This document shows positions 1 to 8,685 of a stretch of 27,304 bases of DNA, in pieces. The position numbers were made by a program, and so were the translations under genes. Each line of letters begins with the position of its first letter. Within the stretch, counting starts at the first letter, position 1. The notes under the pieces are model-generated. The model ran no database searches. It was not told the DNA's origin and saw only the letters and a program-made list of their open reading frames with translations. The stretch is taken from assembly GCA_018672235.1 (NCBI GenBank), contig JABHGE010000016.1, positions 1-27,304 of the forward strand, read 5' to 3'. Origin of the DNA: Fidelibacterota bacterium. Its GTDB lineage: Bacteria; Fidelibacterota; Marinisomatia; Marinisomatales; Marinisomataceae.

Positions 1-1767
1 CTTTGAGGTGACATAGTCAAAAATAAATCTTGTTACAATTATTGCTGTAAACATACTGACAATAATACCCCAAAATAATACAGTTGCAAATCCTTTGATT
101 GGACCACTTCCATATTGATATAATACTGCTGCAGCTATACCAGTGGTTAGATTCGCATCCACAATAGTAGTAATTGCTCTTTCATATCCCGCATCAATAG
201 CAGAGCGTACAGATTTTCCATTTCGTAATTCTTCTTTAATTCTTTCAAAAATAATTACATTAGCATCTACAGACATACCTACGGTTAAAATTAATCCAGC
301 GATTCCAGGTAGAGTTAATGTTGCTCCCAATAATGCTAAGACTCCTAGTAACAAAATTAATGTCCAAATAACAGCAAAGCTTGCAATAAAACCAGATAGC
401 TTATAATAGAATATGATAAATAAGATTACAATGAATAATCCTACTAACATAGAGTACGTTCCTTTGCTAACCGAATCTGCACCAAGCGATGCACCAACAG
501 TTCTTTCTTCTTGGATTGTAACTGGGACAGGTAAAGACCCTGCACGCAATACAATCGCAATATCTTCTGCCTCTTGAATAGAATCCATACCCTCAATAAC
601 AGTACCACCACCAAAAATTTGACTTCTGATCACTGGAGCCATATGTACTTTTTTGTCTAATACAATTGCAATTCTTTTATTGATATTAGATCCAGTAATT
701 CTTGCCCACTCCCTTGATCCTTCATTACTCATTTCTACTTGTACTGTAGCTTGTCCAGCACTAACACCAGACTGGCTTAATCTCATTTGTGCATCTTCTA
801 TTACACCACCTGTTAGTTCTGCATTATCTACTAAATGGTAGAGCAGATAGATTTCTTCTTCTTCACCAAAATCATTTATTAAGGTTATAGCAGAGTTGCC
901 AGTAAGGAATAGACTCCCGGTTGCATCTAATACTTGCTTGACATTATCTTGATTTAAAATATTTTGTAGCTTAGATAAATTACTTGTAGATATTGCTAGA
1001 TCGCTACCAACAGCTATTAACAATGAAGAGAATCCTAAACCATTCTCATCAGAGTTATTTGTATCAAATAGCTGATCAACATCATCATTAGTTTTTTCAA
1101 TATTCATTGCAGCTAGATTATCAATCTGTCTTACAATAGTATTAGTACTTTCTATATCTTTTACAATCATAAGTTCGAGGAGAGCAGTGCTTTGTAGTAA
1201 GTCTCTAGCTCTTTCAGAATCTTGTACACCTGCAAGCTCAACGATAACTCTGTTGTTACCTTGTTTTTGAATTGTAGGCTCTGCAACACCAAATTGATCT
1301 ACACGATTTTGAATAATTTCAATAATTCGATTAATTGAATCTGCTGATTCAAGATTTAATTGTTCAATGATTTGATCTTTTGTCTTACCATAACTAATAA
1401 AATATTTAGGTAATTTTAAATCTTTTTCTAATGCTTTTTCTTCAAATAGAGTAAAGAAGTCAGTGCTATTATTTTTATAATCCTTACTTAATTCTTCTAA
1501 GAATTTATCAAATTTTTTATCTTTATTTTTAGCAAGAGTATTGATGAGCTGAGGTAGGTCTACTTCAAGTACAATATATATACCACCCTTTAAATCAAGA
1601 CCCTGTTTAATGCTTTTTGATTCAAAGTATGTTAACTCATCTTGTGATAAGTTGTTTTTTGCGTCATCACTTAACAATTGATATCTAATTGATGGTAAAA
1701 GGGCATAAATCCCTAACCCAAAAATAAATAGAATTGATAGTAGTCTTGTTCTTAATGTATTGTTCAT
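1..1767 (-). CDS. secD: Protein translocase subunit SecD (3' end runs off the left edge; at least 589 codons)
   Basis: Not in the ORF track because there is no stop in the window. Manual translation of segments from the ATG at 1767 gives MNNTLRTRLLSILFIFGLGIYALLPSI, IKQGLDLKGGIYIVLEVD, TLPGIAGLILTVGMSVDANVIIFERIKEELRNGKS and VSMFTAIIVTRFIFDYVTSK. These include the SecD signatures GLDLxGG and DANVIIFERIxEE. Confidence 0.97.
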   Translation of the reverse strand, partial: MNNTLRTRLLSILFIFGLGIYALLPSIRYQLLSDDAKNNLSQDELTYFESKSIKQGLDLKGGIYIVLEVDLPQLINTLAKNKDKKFDKFLEELSKDYKNNSTDFFTLFEEKALEKDLKLPKYFISYGKTKDQIIEQLNLESADSINRIIEIIQNRVDQFGVAEPTIQKQGNNRVIVELAGVQDSERARDLLQSTALLELMIVKDIESTNTIVRQIDNLAAMNIEKTNDDVDQLFDTNNSDENGLGFSSLLIAVGSDLAISTSNLSKLQNILNQDNVKQVLDATGSLFLTGNSAITLINDFGEEEEIYLLYHLVDNAELTGGVIEDAQMRLSQSGVSAGQATVQVEMSNEGSREWARITGSNINKRIAIVLDKKVHMAPVIRSQIFGGGTVIEGMDSIQEAEDIAIVLRAGSLPVPVTIQEERTVGASLGADSVSKGTYSMLVGLFIVILFIIFYYKLSGFIASFAVIWTLILLLGVLALLGATLTLPGIAGLILTVGMSVDANVIIFERIKEELRNGKSVRSAIDAGYERAITTIVDANLTTGIAAAVLYQYGSGPIKGFATVLFWGIIVSMFTAIIVTRFIFDYVTSK

Positions 1768-1783
1768 ATCTTACTTGCTTTAA

Positions 1784-1822
1784 AGTGAAAAAGAATTTAA
1801 TACTTTCAAATACTTTTTCACT
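1784..1822. other. Imperfect inverted repeat (hairpin) in the kbl-secD intergenic region
   Basis: AGTGAAAAAG (1784-1793) pairs with CTTTTTCACT (1813-1822). After one mismatch ATTT/AAAT adds 4 bp, leaving a 9-nt loop. Function (terminator, processing site or operator) is unknown. Confidence 0.5.
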
Positions 1823-1828
1823 ATTTTT

Positions 1829-3007
1829 TTAAATTATATTTAATTCTGTCCCAACATCATAAAAAGCACTGAGTGCATGATCGAGCTGTTCTTGAGTATG
1901 ATCTGCAGATAATTGTACTCTAATTCTTGCTTCGTCTTTACCTACTACCGGGTATGAAAATGCTATAACATATATATTTTTTTTCAATAAATTTTCAGAC
2001 ATTTTAGCAGCTTTTTTTGCATCATAAATCATAATAGGTACAATCGGATGATCAATGCCTTTTATATCAAAACCATATTCTTTGATTTTTTCTCGAAAAT
2101 ACATTGTATTTTTTTCTAGTCTCTGTTTGTAGCTATAATCATTTTCAATAATATCAAATACTTTAATACATGCTGCAACTAAAGCAGGAGCTAGGCTGTT
2201 AGAGAATAAATAAGGTCTAGATTTTTGTCGTAGAGTTTCAACAATCTCTTTGGAAGCACATACAAATCCTCCAGAAGCACCACCCAATGCTTTTCCAAAT
2301 GTAGATGTTATAATATCTACATCATCCAAAACATTATGATAATCTGCACTTCCTTTTCCGCCACTGCCTAAGAATCCTGTTGCATGACAATCATCTACCA
2401 TTACCATAGCATTATATTTTTTTGCTAACATAACTATTTCTTTTAATGGAGCAACTACTCCATCCATACTAAAAACACCATCTGTTGCAATTAATTTTAT
2501 TCGAGCGTTCGAATTTTTTAATAACTTTTCCAAATGTTCCATATCTGAATGTCGATAGCGATTTTTTTCTGCTTTACACAGTCTTATTCCATCTATAATA
2601 GATGCATGATTTAATTCATCTGAGAATACAGCATCTTCTTTTGATAAAATAGTTTCAAATAAACCACCATTAGCATCAAAGCATGAGGAATAAAGAATAG
2701 TATCTTCTTTGCCATGAAATTGGCTCACTTTCTTTTCTAGATCCTTATGAATTGTTTGAGTACCGCAAATAAATCGAACAGAACTTAATCCAAATCCCCA
2801 GTCATTAATTGCTTGAATAGCCGCTTTTTTTATATGAATATTATTAGATAGCCCTAAGTAGTTATTAGCACAAAAATTAATAACCGTTTCTCCGAGAACA
2901 TTAATTTCTGTTTCTTGAGGAGTTTCAATGATACGTTCGTTTTTAAACGTACCATCTTCCTTAATTTTTTCAAGATTACTTTGTAAGATATCTTTAATAT
3001 TTTCCAT
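1829..3007 (-). CDS. kbl: Glycine C-acetyltransferase (2-amino-3-ketobutyrate CoA ligase)
   Basis: Motifs NFCANNYLGL, SVRFICGTQ, SCFDANGGLFE, NHASIIDG, DDCHATG and RQKSRPYLFSN; PLP lysine in STFGKALGGASGG. Adjacent to tdh. Confidence 0.96.
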   Translation of the reverse strand: MENIKDILQSNLEKIKEDGTFKNERIIETPQETEINVLGETVINFCANNYLGLSNNIHIKKAAIQAINDWGFGLSSVRFICGTQTIHKDLEKKVSQFHGKEDTILYSSCFDANGGLFETILSKEDAVFSDELNHASIIDGIRLCKAEKNRYRHSDMEHLEKLLKNSNARIKLIATDGVFSMDGVVAPLKEIVMLAKKYNAMVMVDDCHATGFLGSGGKGSADYHNVLDDVDIITSTFGKALGGASGGFVCASKEIVETLRQKSRPYLFSNSLAPALVAACIKVFDIIENDYSYKQRLEKNTMYFREKIKEYGFDIKGIDHPIVPIMIYDAKKAAKMSENLLKKNIYVIAFSYPVVGKDEARIRVQLSADHTQEQLDHALSAFYDVGTELNII

Positions 3008-3989
3008 AATTCTTTTTGATTTCAGGTATTAAATACTGTTCAAACATTGCATTTTTGCTATAATCATTTATAAAATTCCATTCTTTTTTAGCTTCATCAC
3101 AATTCAAATTTTCAGGCCATGTATCTGCAATAGATTGAAATTTAGAGTCTATATCGTAATCTACAATAAATTTTGGGAATTCCTTTTGTAGTTCTTTAGC
3201 AATCTCTTGAGGGCTTAAGCTTACCTCTTCTACATTAAACGCTCTTAATTTTGACTGAATATGTGGAATAGTCATAATTTGCAAGATAGCATGAATTGTA
3301 CTTTTAATACTTAGGAATGGAAGTAATGTAGATGGAGCTATCTTGCAAGTATATTGTTCATTATTGCATGCTGCATGTAGCATTTGTGGAGCAAAATCAG
3401 TTGTTCCTCCTGATGGTATGGTATATGGACTAATAATTCCGGGAAATCTTAAGCATCTAAAATCAATTCCATATCCCAGCTGGATACTTTCTTCATATTT
3501 TTGCGTACCAAATTGTTCTATAACTAGTTTATTACGCCCATATATTGTTTGAGGCTTTATAATATCCCATTCTTTTGCATCTTGTAATTTTCTTGGGCCA
3601 TATACTGCAATTGAGCTAGGAAAAAAAATTCTTATAAATGATTTATGTTGTATTCCATGATCCATAGCAGAACGAATTATTAACTTTGATCCTTCTTCAT
3701 TTACTTCACGAGCCAATTCTGGATTATTATTTGCAGATTGACTTAGTAATGCAGCAAAATGATATACTTCAATAATATTATAATCGGTAAATATTGATTT
3801 CATAACATCTTTATTAAGGATACTGTCTTTTATATAAACGACATTATCATATTTTATATCAGACTCATTGATATCTAATGCAATAATTAGAGTTTCTTTT
3901 TTAGACAAAGCTAAAAGGGTCTGCCTACCTATTTCACCATTGAATCCTGTAATTAAAATTGCATTATACATAGCGTAAATTAACTCCAT
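2994..3989 (-). CDS. tdh: L-threonine 3-dehydrogenase, extended-SDR (epimerase-like) type; alternative start at 3971
   Basis: GxxGxxG (TGFNGEIG), PSSIAVYG, YxxxK (YGRNK), DFRCLRFPGIIS, GGTTDFA and IADTWP match SDR-type TDH. Overlaps kbl by 14 nt. Confidence 0.88.
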   Translation of the reverse strand: MELIYAMYNAILITGFNGEIGRQTLLALSKKETLIIALDINESDIKYDNVVYIKDSILNKDVMKSIFTDYNIIEVYHFAALLSQSANNNPELAREVNEEGSKLIIRSAMDHGIQHKSFIRIFFPSSIAVYGPRKLQDAKEWDIIKPQTIYGRNKLVIEQFGTQKYEESIQLGYGIDFRCLRFPGIISPYTIPSGGTTDFAPQMLHAACNNEQYTCKIAPSTLLPFLSIKSTIHAILQIMTIPHIQSKLRAFNVEEVSLSPQEIAKELQKEFPKFIVDYDIDSKFQSIADTWPENLNCDEAKKEWNFINDYSKNAMFEQYLIPEIKKNYGKY

Positions 3990-4010
3990 TGAGATGATTT
4001 TTTAAAAACT

Positions 4011-4039
4011 TTGTATTAAGATTGAATACCAATTAAATT
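4011..4039 (+). promoter_or_regulatory. Candidate sigma70-type promoter for parA
   Basis: TTGTAT (4011-4016), 17-nt spacer, TAAATT (4034-4039), 11 nt before the parA ATG, within the 61-nt divergent tdh/parA gap. The AT-rich background lowers specificity. Confidence 0.35.
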
Positions 4040-4050
4040 TTTTCGCTCAA

Positions 4051-4815
4051 ATGAAAAAAATTATCGCAGTTATTAATCAGAAAGGTGGCGTTGGTAAAAC
4101 AACGACAGCTATTAATTTAGCTGCCAGTCTAGCTATATTAGAAAAGAGAACTTTATTAATTGATTTTGATCCCCAGTCAAATGCAACAACCGGCTTGTCA
4201 AATTTTGGGATTGATAATAATTATTCTATCTATGACGCCTTAAGCGAAAATCAAACTATGAGAGATATTATTTCAACTACAAATTTAGATTATCTAGACT
4301 TTATTAGATCAGATAATAATTTGGTAGGTTGTGAAGTAGAATTGGTGTCAGTAAAAAATAGAGAAAAGCAATTATTACGATTAATTAATAAAGTAAAAAA
4401 AGATTATGATTTTATATTAATAGACTGTCCTCCGTCTTTAGGGTTATTAACATTAAATGTTCTAGTTGCATCAAATAATGTATTAATTCCTATCCAAAGT
4501 GAATTCTTTGCTTTAGAAGGCTTGAAAAGCTTACAAGAGACTATTAGGTTGGTTCAAGAGAATATTAATAAGGACTTAAAAATACTTGGAATTCTTATTA
4601 CTATGCATACTAAAAGACTGCGTTTAGCAAAAAAAGTAGAAAATCTATTAAAATCAAAATTCAAAAATAAGTTGCTTAAGACAAAAATTAGCAGAAATAT
4701 CAGATTAGCTGAAGCTCCGGACGATGGAAAGCCAGCTATTATGTATGATGTTGATTGTGCTGGAGCAAAAAATTATATGGAATTAGCATTGGAGATTTTA
4801 AATGAAAAAAAATAA
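4051..4815 (+). CDS. parA: Chromosome partitioning ATPase ParA/Soj
   Basis: Deviant Walker A KGGVGKTTT, DFDPQSNAT, DCPPSLGLLT, EFFALEGL and RNIRLAEAP; followed by parB. Confidence 0.97.
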   Translation: MKKIIAVINQKGGVGKTTTAINLAASLAILEKRTLLIDFDPQSNATTGLSNFGIDNNYSIYDALSENQTMRDIISTTNLDYLDFIRSDNNLVGCEVELVSVKNREKQLLRLINKVKKDYDFILIDCPPSLGLLTLNVLVASNNVLIPIQSEFFALEGLKSLQETIRLVQENINKDLKILGILITMHTKRLRLAKKVENLLKSKFKNKLLKTKISRNIRLAEAPDDGKPAIMYDVDCAGAKNYMELALEILNEKK

Positions 4816-5638
4816 TCAGATAGGGCAAGGGATTGGTGCACTACTTACACCAAATAAATCTTCTGATGATGTAGAGCAAAATAATATATTGATCAGTAAA
4901 ATTATTCCAAATCCCAATCAGCCTAGAAAATTTTTTGATGAAAAATCGTTAAAACAGTTAGCCCAGTCTATTGATGAAAAAGGCTTAATCACTCCGATAA
5001 CAGTTAAAGCATCAAATAATAAATATATTATTGTTGCAGGAGAAAGAAGATTTAGAGCTCATCAATTACTAAAAAGAAAAAGAATATTAGCATATATAAT
5101 AGATGCAGATTCCAATAAAGATATAATGTACATGGCATTAATTGAAAATATACAAAGAGAAGATTTGAATGCAATCGAACAAGCTAAAGGCTATCAATAT
5201 TTAAAAGATAATTTAGATAGCTCTATAACAGAGATTGCAAAAACAGTTGGTAAATCACGCCCAGCAGTTTCTAATTCATTAAGATTATTGAATCTACCTG
5301 AAGAAATTCAAAATAGTATTCTTAAAAATGAAATTAATGCAGGGCAAGCAAGAGCAATTTTGCAGAAGAAGACTACCCAAGGTATGATTCTTCTCTGGAG
5401 GCGATTGTTAAAAGAAAAAATGTCTGTTAGAAAAGTAGAAGCTGCAGCATCAAATGATATAAAATGGGACAATCAGATAAGTGAAATTGAAAATAAAATT
5501 GCAAGAATTATTGGAACTAAGGTAACAATCAATAATAATAAGAGTACAAAAAAAGGGTTTGTAAAAATTCATTTTGATTCAAAAACTTGGGATCGTGTTG
5601 TTAGTAAGCTTAAAAGTATTAAGTCAGATTTTGAATAA
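4802..5638 (+). CDS. parB: Chromosome partitioning protein ParB/Spo0J
   Basis: PNPNQPRKFF, CTP-binding patch AGERRFRA, ENIQREDL and HTH EIAKTVGKSRPAVSNSLRLL; 14-nt overlap with parA. Confidence 0.96.
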   Translation: MKKNNQIGQGIGALLTPNKSSDDVEQNNILISKIIPNPNQPRKFFDEKSLKQLAQSIDEKGLITPITVKASNNKYIIVAGERRFRAHQLLKRKRILAYIIDADSNKDIMYMALIENIQREDLNAIEQAKGYQYLKDNLDSSITEIAKTVGKSRPAVSNSLRLLNLPEEIQNSILKNEINAGQARAILQKKTTQGMILLWRRLLKEKMSVRKVEAAASNDIKWDNQISEIENKIARIIGTKVTINNNKSTKKGFVKIHFDSKTWDRVVSKLKSIKSDFE

Positions 5639-5666
5639 TAGGATTATTTAATAAAGAAAAATATCA

Positions 5667-6413
5667 ATGAAATTTAAAAAATATAAAATATTATTTATTT
5701 CGCCCTTTAATGATAAAACATGGCAGTCTGAATTCAATAGACCTACACTGATAGCGGGATTATCTTTAATCTCTTTTTTGTTTATTGCTTCTTTGTCATT
5801 AATGCTTCTTTCTATACCTATTGTAAAAGAATATCTTAAAATCACTGCTATTAATAAAGAAATTAAGCAGCAAGAAAAAATTATAGATAATATTAGTGGA
5901 ACGTTAGATGAGATAGGACTGATGAAGTCTTATATTGAAAATACTATTGGCTCTGATAGTCAAAGCAAATTATCGGATAATAATATTAGATTTATGGTTA
6001 CAAATAATATACCAGATATCCAGCCTACCGATGGAATTATTAGTAAAGATTTTGATCTAAACACTCTGCATTTCGGAATAGATATTGTAAGCGATGAATC
6101 TACTCCAATTGTTTCAATTGCTGATGGTGTTGTTATTTATAGTGATTACTCTAAAGAACTTGGTAATGGAATTGTAATAGACCATCAAAATGGATACCAA
6201 TCTCATTATTATCATAACGAAGAGAATTTTGTCAAAAAAAATGAGGAAATAGATCGAGGAATGTTAATTGGAAAGATTGGGAATACAGGAGTATCTACAG
6301 GACCTCACTTACATTTTGAAATATGGAAAGATGGAGAACCAATTGATCCATTAAAATTTTTCCCTAATTTTTCAAAAAAATCTGATAAATTTCAAGAGGA
6401 ATCAAATGAATAA
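5667..6413 (+). CDS. Membrane-anchored M23 family metallopeptidase (peptidoglycan endopeptidase)
   Basis: N-terminal hydrophobic helix, coiled-coil-like linker, and zinc-ligand motifs HxxxD (HFGID) and HxH (STGPHLHFE). Confidence 0.92.
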   Translation: MKFKKYKILFISPFNDKTWQSEFNRPTLIAGLSLISFLFIASLSLMLLSIPIVKEYLKITAINKEIKQQEKIIDNISGTLDEIGLMKSYIENTIGSDSQSKLSDNNIRFMVTNNIPDIQPTDGIISKDFDLNTLHFGIDIVSDESTPIVSIADGVVIYSDYSKELGNGIVIDHQNGYQSHYYHNEENFVKKNEEIDRGMLIGKIGNTGVSTGPHLHFEIWKDGEPIDPLKFFPNFSKKSDKFQEESNE

Positions 6414-6753
6414 TAAATCAAGTAATAGCCAGACGATTATAGCAGAAGATGTACAGATTGATGGCGATATGGTTCTAATTGGTAATATCACTATTTATGG
6501 AGAAATAAGAGGATCAGTTTCTACAGACGGAGCAATTCAGTTAGCAAGAAAAGGAAAAATTTTTGGAGATGTTAAGGCTTCTACTATACAAATTAATGGT
6601 TATATCCAAGGTGATGTTTTTATCAATGGATCTGCTGAGTTATTAGGAAAATGTGAGTTAGTCGGAGACTTAAAATACAAAGTATTAACAATACAGGATG
6701 GCGCTCAATTTTCTGGACGCTGCGAAATCATTGAAGATGATTTTGATTTATAA
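6406..6753 (+). CDS. Bactofilin (polymer-forming cytoskeletal protein, CcmA/BacA family)
   Basis: Beta-helix repeat pattern TIIAEDVQIDGDM, IYGEIRGSV, GKIFGDV, INGYIQGDV, LVGDL and LTIQDGAQFSGRC; overlaps the M23 gene by 8 nt. Confidence 0.93.
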   Translation: MNNKSSNSQTIIAEDVQIDGDMVLIGNITIYGEIRGSVSTDGAIQLARKGKIFGDVKASTIQINGYIQGDVFINGSAELLGKCELVGDLKYKVLTIQDGAQFSGRCEIIEDDFDL

Positions 6754-6948
6754 ATGACTCCCCCTAAAAGATCGTTAAGCTCAATCATGTCAGAAAGTTA
6801 TGCTATATATTTTGAGTTCTTTGGTATTATTATTGGTTGGATATTATGCGGATATCTTATTACAAAAAATGTATCTTATATTGCTATTATTGGAGGTGTA
6901 ATCCACGGCTCTATAAAGGCATACCAACATGTTATAAAAAATAATTAG
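6754..6948 (+). CDS. AtpZ/AtpI-like (ATPase gene 1) small two-helix membrane protein
   Basis: 64 aa with two hydrophobic segments (FEFFGIIIGWILCGYLI; YIAIIGGVIHG), immediately upstream of atpB. Assigned by position and hydropathy. Confidence 0.65.
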   Translation: MTPPKRSLSSIMSESYAIYFEFFGIIIGWILCGYLITKNVSYIAIIGGVIHGSIKAYQHVIKNN

Positions 6949-6985
6949 AAAATCTGATTTTTTCCTGTGATTAATTATATCTCTT

Positions 6986-6994
6986 TGTTAATAT
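6986..6994 (+). promoter_or_regulatory. Candidate extended -10 promoter for atpB (leaderless geometry)
   Basis: TG-T-TAATAT (6986-6994) ends 7 nt before the atpB ATG (7002); no Shine-Dalgarno sequence present. Confidence 0.4.
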
Positions 6995-7001
6995 TTCATC
7001 G

Positions 7002-7955
7002 ATGTTTGTAGATAAAAAAATAACTGAAACTCACCATGCTCAAAGCCCTGCAGATACAGCTATTGGTCATGTTGCAAATACAGATCATGGACATCACATT
7101 TTTGATGTAGAGTTTTTATCAAACTTATCAACAAAGATTTCATCATTTTTTGGTATATCAGAAAACTCTATGTTTTTTATCAATCTTGGTATTACTAAGC
7201 ATGTATTTGTACTGCTATTTATATCTACATTAATGGTATTAAGTATTATTGGATTGGTTAGAAATTATATATCACATAAAAATAATATACCAAACAAGCT
7301 TATGAGCATTGTAGAAATGTTTGTGGTTTATTTAAAAGATGATGTTTTAGAAAATTTTATTGGTAAGAATTATCGAGAATGGGCATCATTAATTTATACA
7401 ATTTTCTTTTTTGTTTTATTTGCCAACTTATCAGGCTTGATACCTTTTTTTGACCTGCTTGGATTATTTGGTAAATTGGGGCATAATGAATTATTAAGCA
7501 ATTTATCTCATGGAGGTGCCACAATAACTGCCAATGCTAATGTGACCTTTGCTATTGCAACTATTACTTTTGTTGCATTCATAGGCGCAGGTATTAAGAA
7601 ATATGGTTTTATTCAGCATTGGAAAAATTTAGCTCCTTCAGGTTTAGCTTGGCCACTTTATTTTGTTGTAGTTCCTATTGAATTTATGGGATTATTTATT
7701 AGACCTCTTGCGTTAACATTGAGGTTGGCAGGTAATATGATGGGCGGTCATATAGCATTAGTAATTTTTATAACATTTATATTTTCAATGGCAGATAGCT
7801 TTGGAGCATGGGCAGGATTTGGTATAGCACCATTCTCTATTGCATTAGCAGTAGGATTAACTATGTTAGAATTGTTGGTTGCAGTAATTCAAGCATATGT
7901 ATTTGCTTTATTAACAGCCGTTTTTATAGGAATGGCAATAAACGTAGATCATTAA
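7002..7955 (+). CDS. atpB: F0F1 ATP synthase subunit a
   Basis: ANLSGLIP, TITANANVT, essential Arg in LTLRLAGNMMGGH, ELLVAVIQAYVFALLT; His-rich N-terminal extension. Confidence 0.97.
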   Translation: MFVDKKITETHHAQSPADTAIGHVANTDHGHHIFDVEFLSNLSTKISSFFGISENSMFFINLGITKHVFVLLFISTLMVLSIIGLVRNYISHKNNIPNKLMSIVEMFVVYLKDDVLENFIGKNYREWASLIYTIFFFVLFANLSGLIPFFDLLGLFGKLGHNELLSNLSHGGATITANANVTFAIATITFVAFIGAGIKKYGFIQHWKNLAPSGLAWPLYFVVVPIEFMGLFIRPLALTLRLAGNMMGGHIALVIFITFIFSMADSFGAWAGFGIAPFSIALAVGLTMLELLVAVIQAYVFALLTAVFIGMAINVDH

Positions 7956-8159
<204 letters not shown>

Positions 8160-8178
8160 TCAACGTTAGGAATACAGT

Positions 8179-8685
8179 ATGAACCCATTATTAACGGTAG
8201 ATCTAGGCTTATATGTCTGGACGCTAGTAATTTTTATGACAGTACTTTTTGTTTTGAAGAAGTATGCATGGAATCCTCTTCTAGACTTTATTGAGGAGAG
8301 AGAAAAGGACATTGCTAACTCTTTATCAATGGCTGAAAGTGCAAAGTCTGATTTAGAAAAAATAAAAGACGAGTCACAAAAAATATTAGATCAAGCCAAA
8401 AAAGAAGGCAAGGTTATCGTAAATGATAGCAAGCAAAAAGCTGAAGATTCAGCCAATAATATTTTAGAAAAAGCTAAGTTAAAATCTGATGAATTTATTG
8501 TAGACGCTAAATCTAAAATTGAAATTGAGAAGCAACGAGCAATTAAAGAGATCAAAGAAGAAGTAGTTGATCTTAGTATTGATTTAGCTTCTAAGATATT
8601 ACAAAGAAATGTGAAAGATGACGATAATGATAAATTTATTAAATCCTCACTAGAAGCAATGAATGTAGATGAAGCAAAATCATAA
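8179..8685 (+). CDS. atpF: F0F1 ATP synthase subunit b
   Basis: N-terminal TM helix with WTLVIF...LKKYAWNPL, then EEREKDI and a long charged coiled coil; operon position. Confidence 0.95.
   Translation: MNPLLTVDLGLYVWTLVIFMTVLFVLKKYAWNPLLDFIEEREKDIANSLSMAESAKSDLEKIKDESQKILDQAKKEGKVIVNDSKQKAEDSANNILEKAKLKSDEFIVDAKSKIEIEKQRAIKEIKEEVVDLSIDLASKILQRNVKDDDNDKFIKSSLEAMNVDEAKS

Noticed and set aside
143..841. Plus-strand ORFs 143..406 and 653..841
   Set aside because: Antisense shadows of secD, which occupies 1..1767 on the minus strand.
3990..5666. parS sites or DnaA boxes (oriC) near parAB
   Set aside because: No TGTTTCACGTGAAACA-like palindrome or TTATCCACA cluster found by eye, and the gaps are too short for an origin. 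A motif scan would be needed to exclude degenerate sites.
6949..6961. Palindrome AAAATC-T-GATTTT upstream of atpB
   Set aside because: Short and low-complexity; expected by chance in AT-rich DNA.
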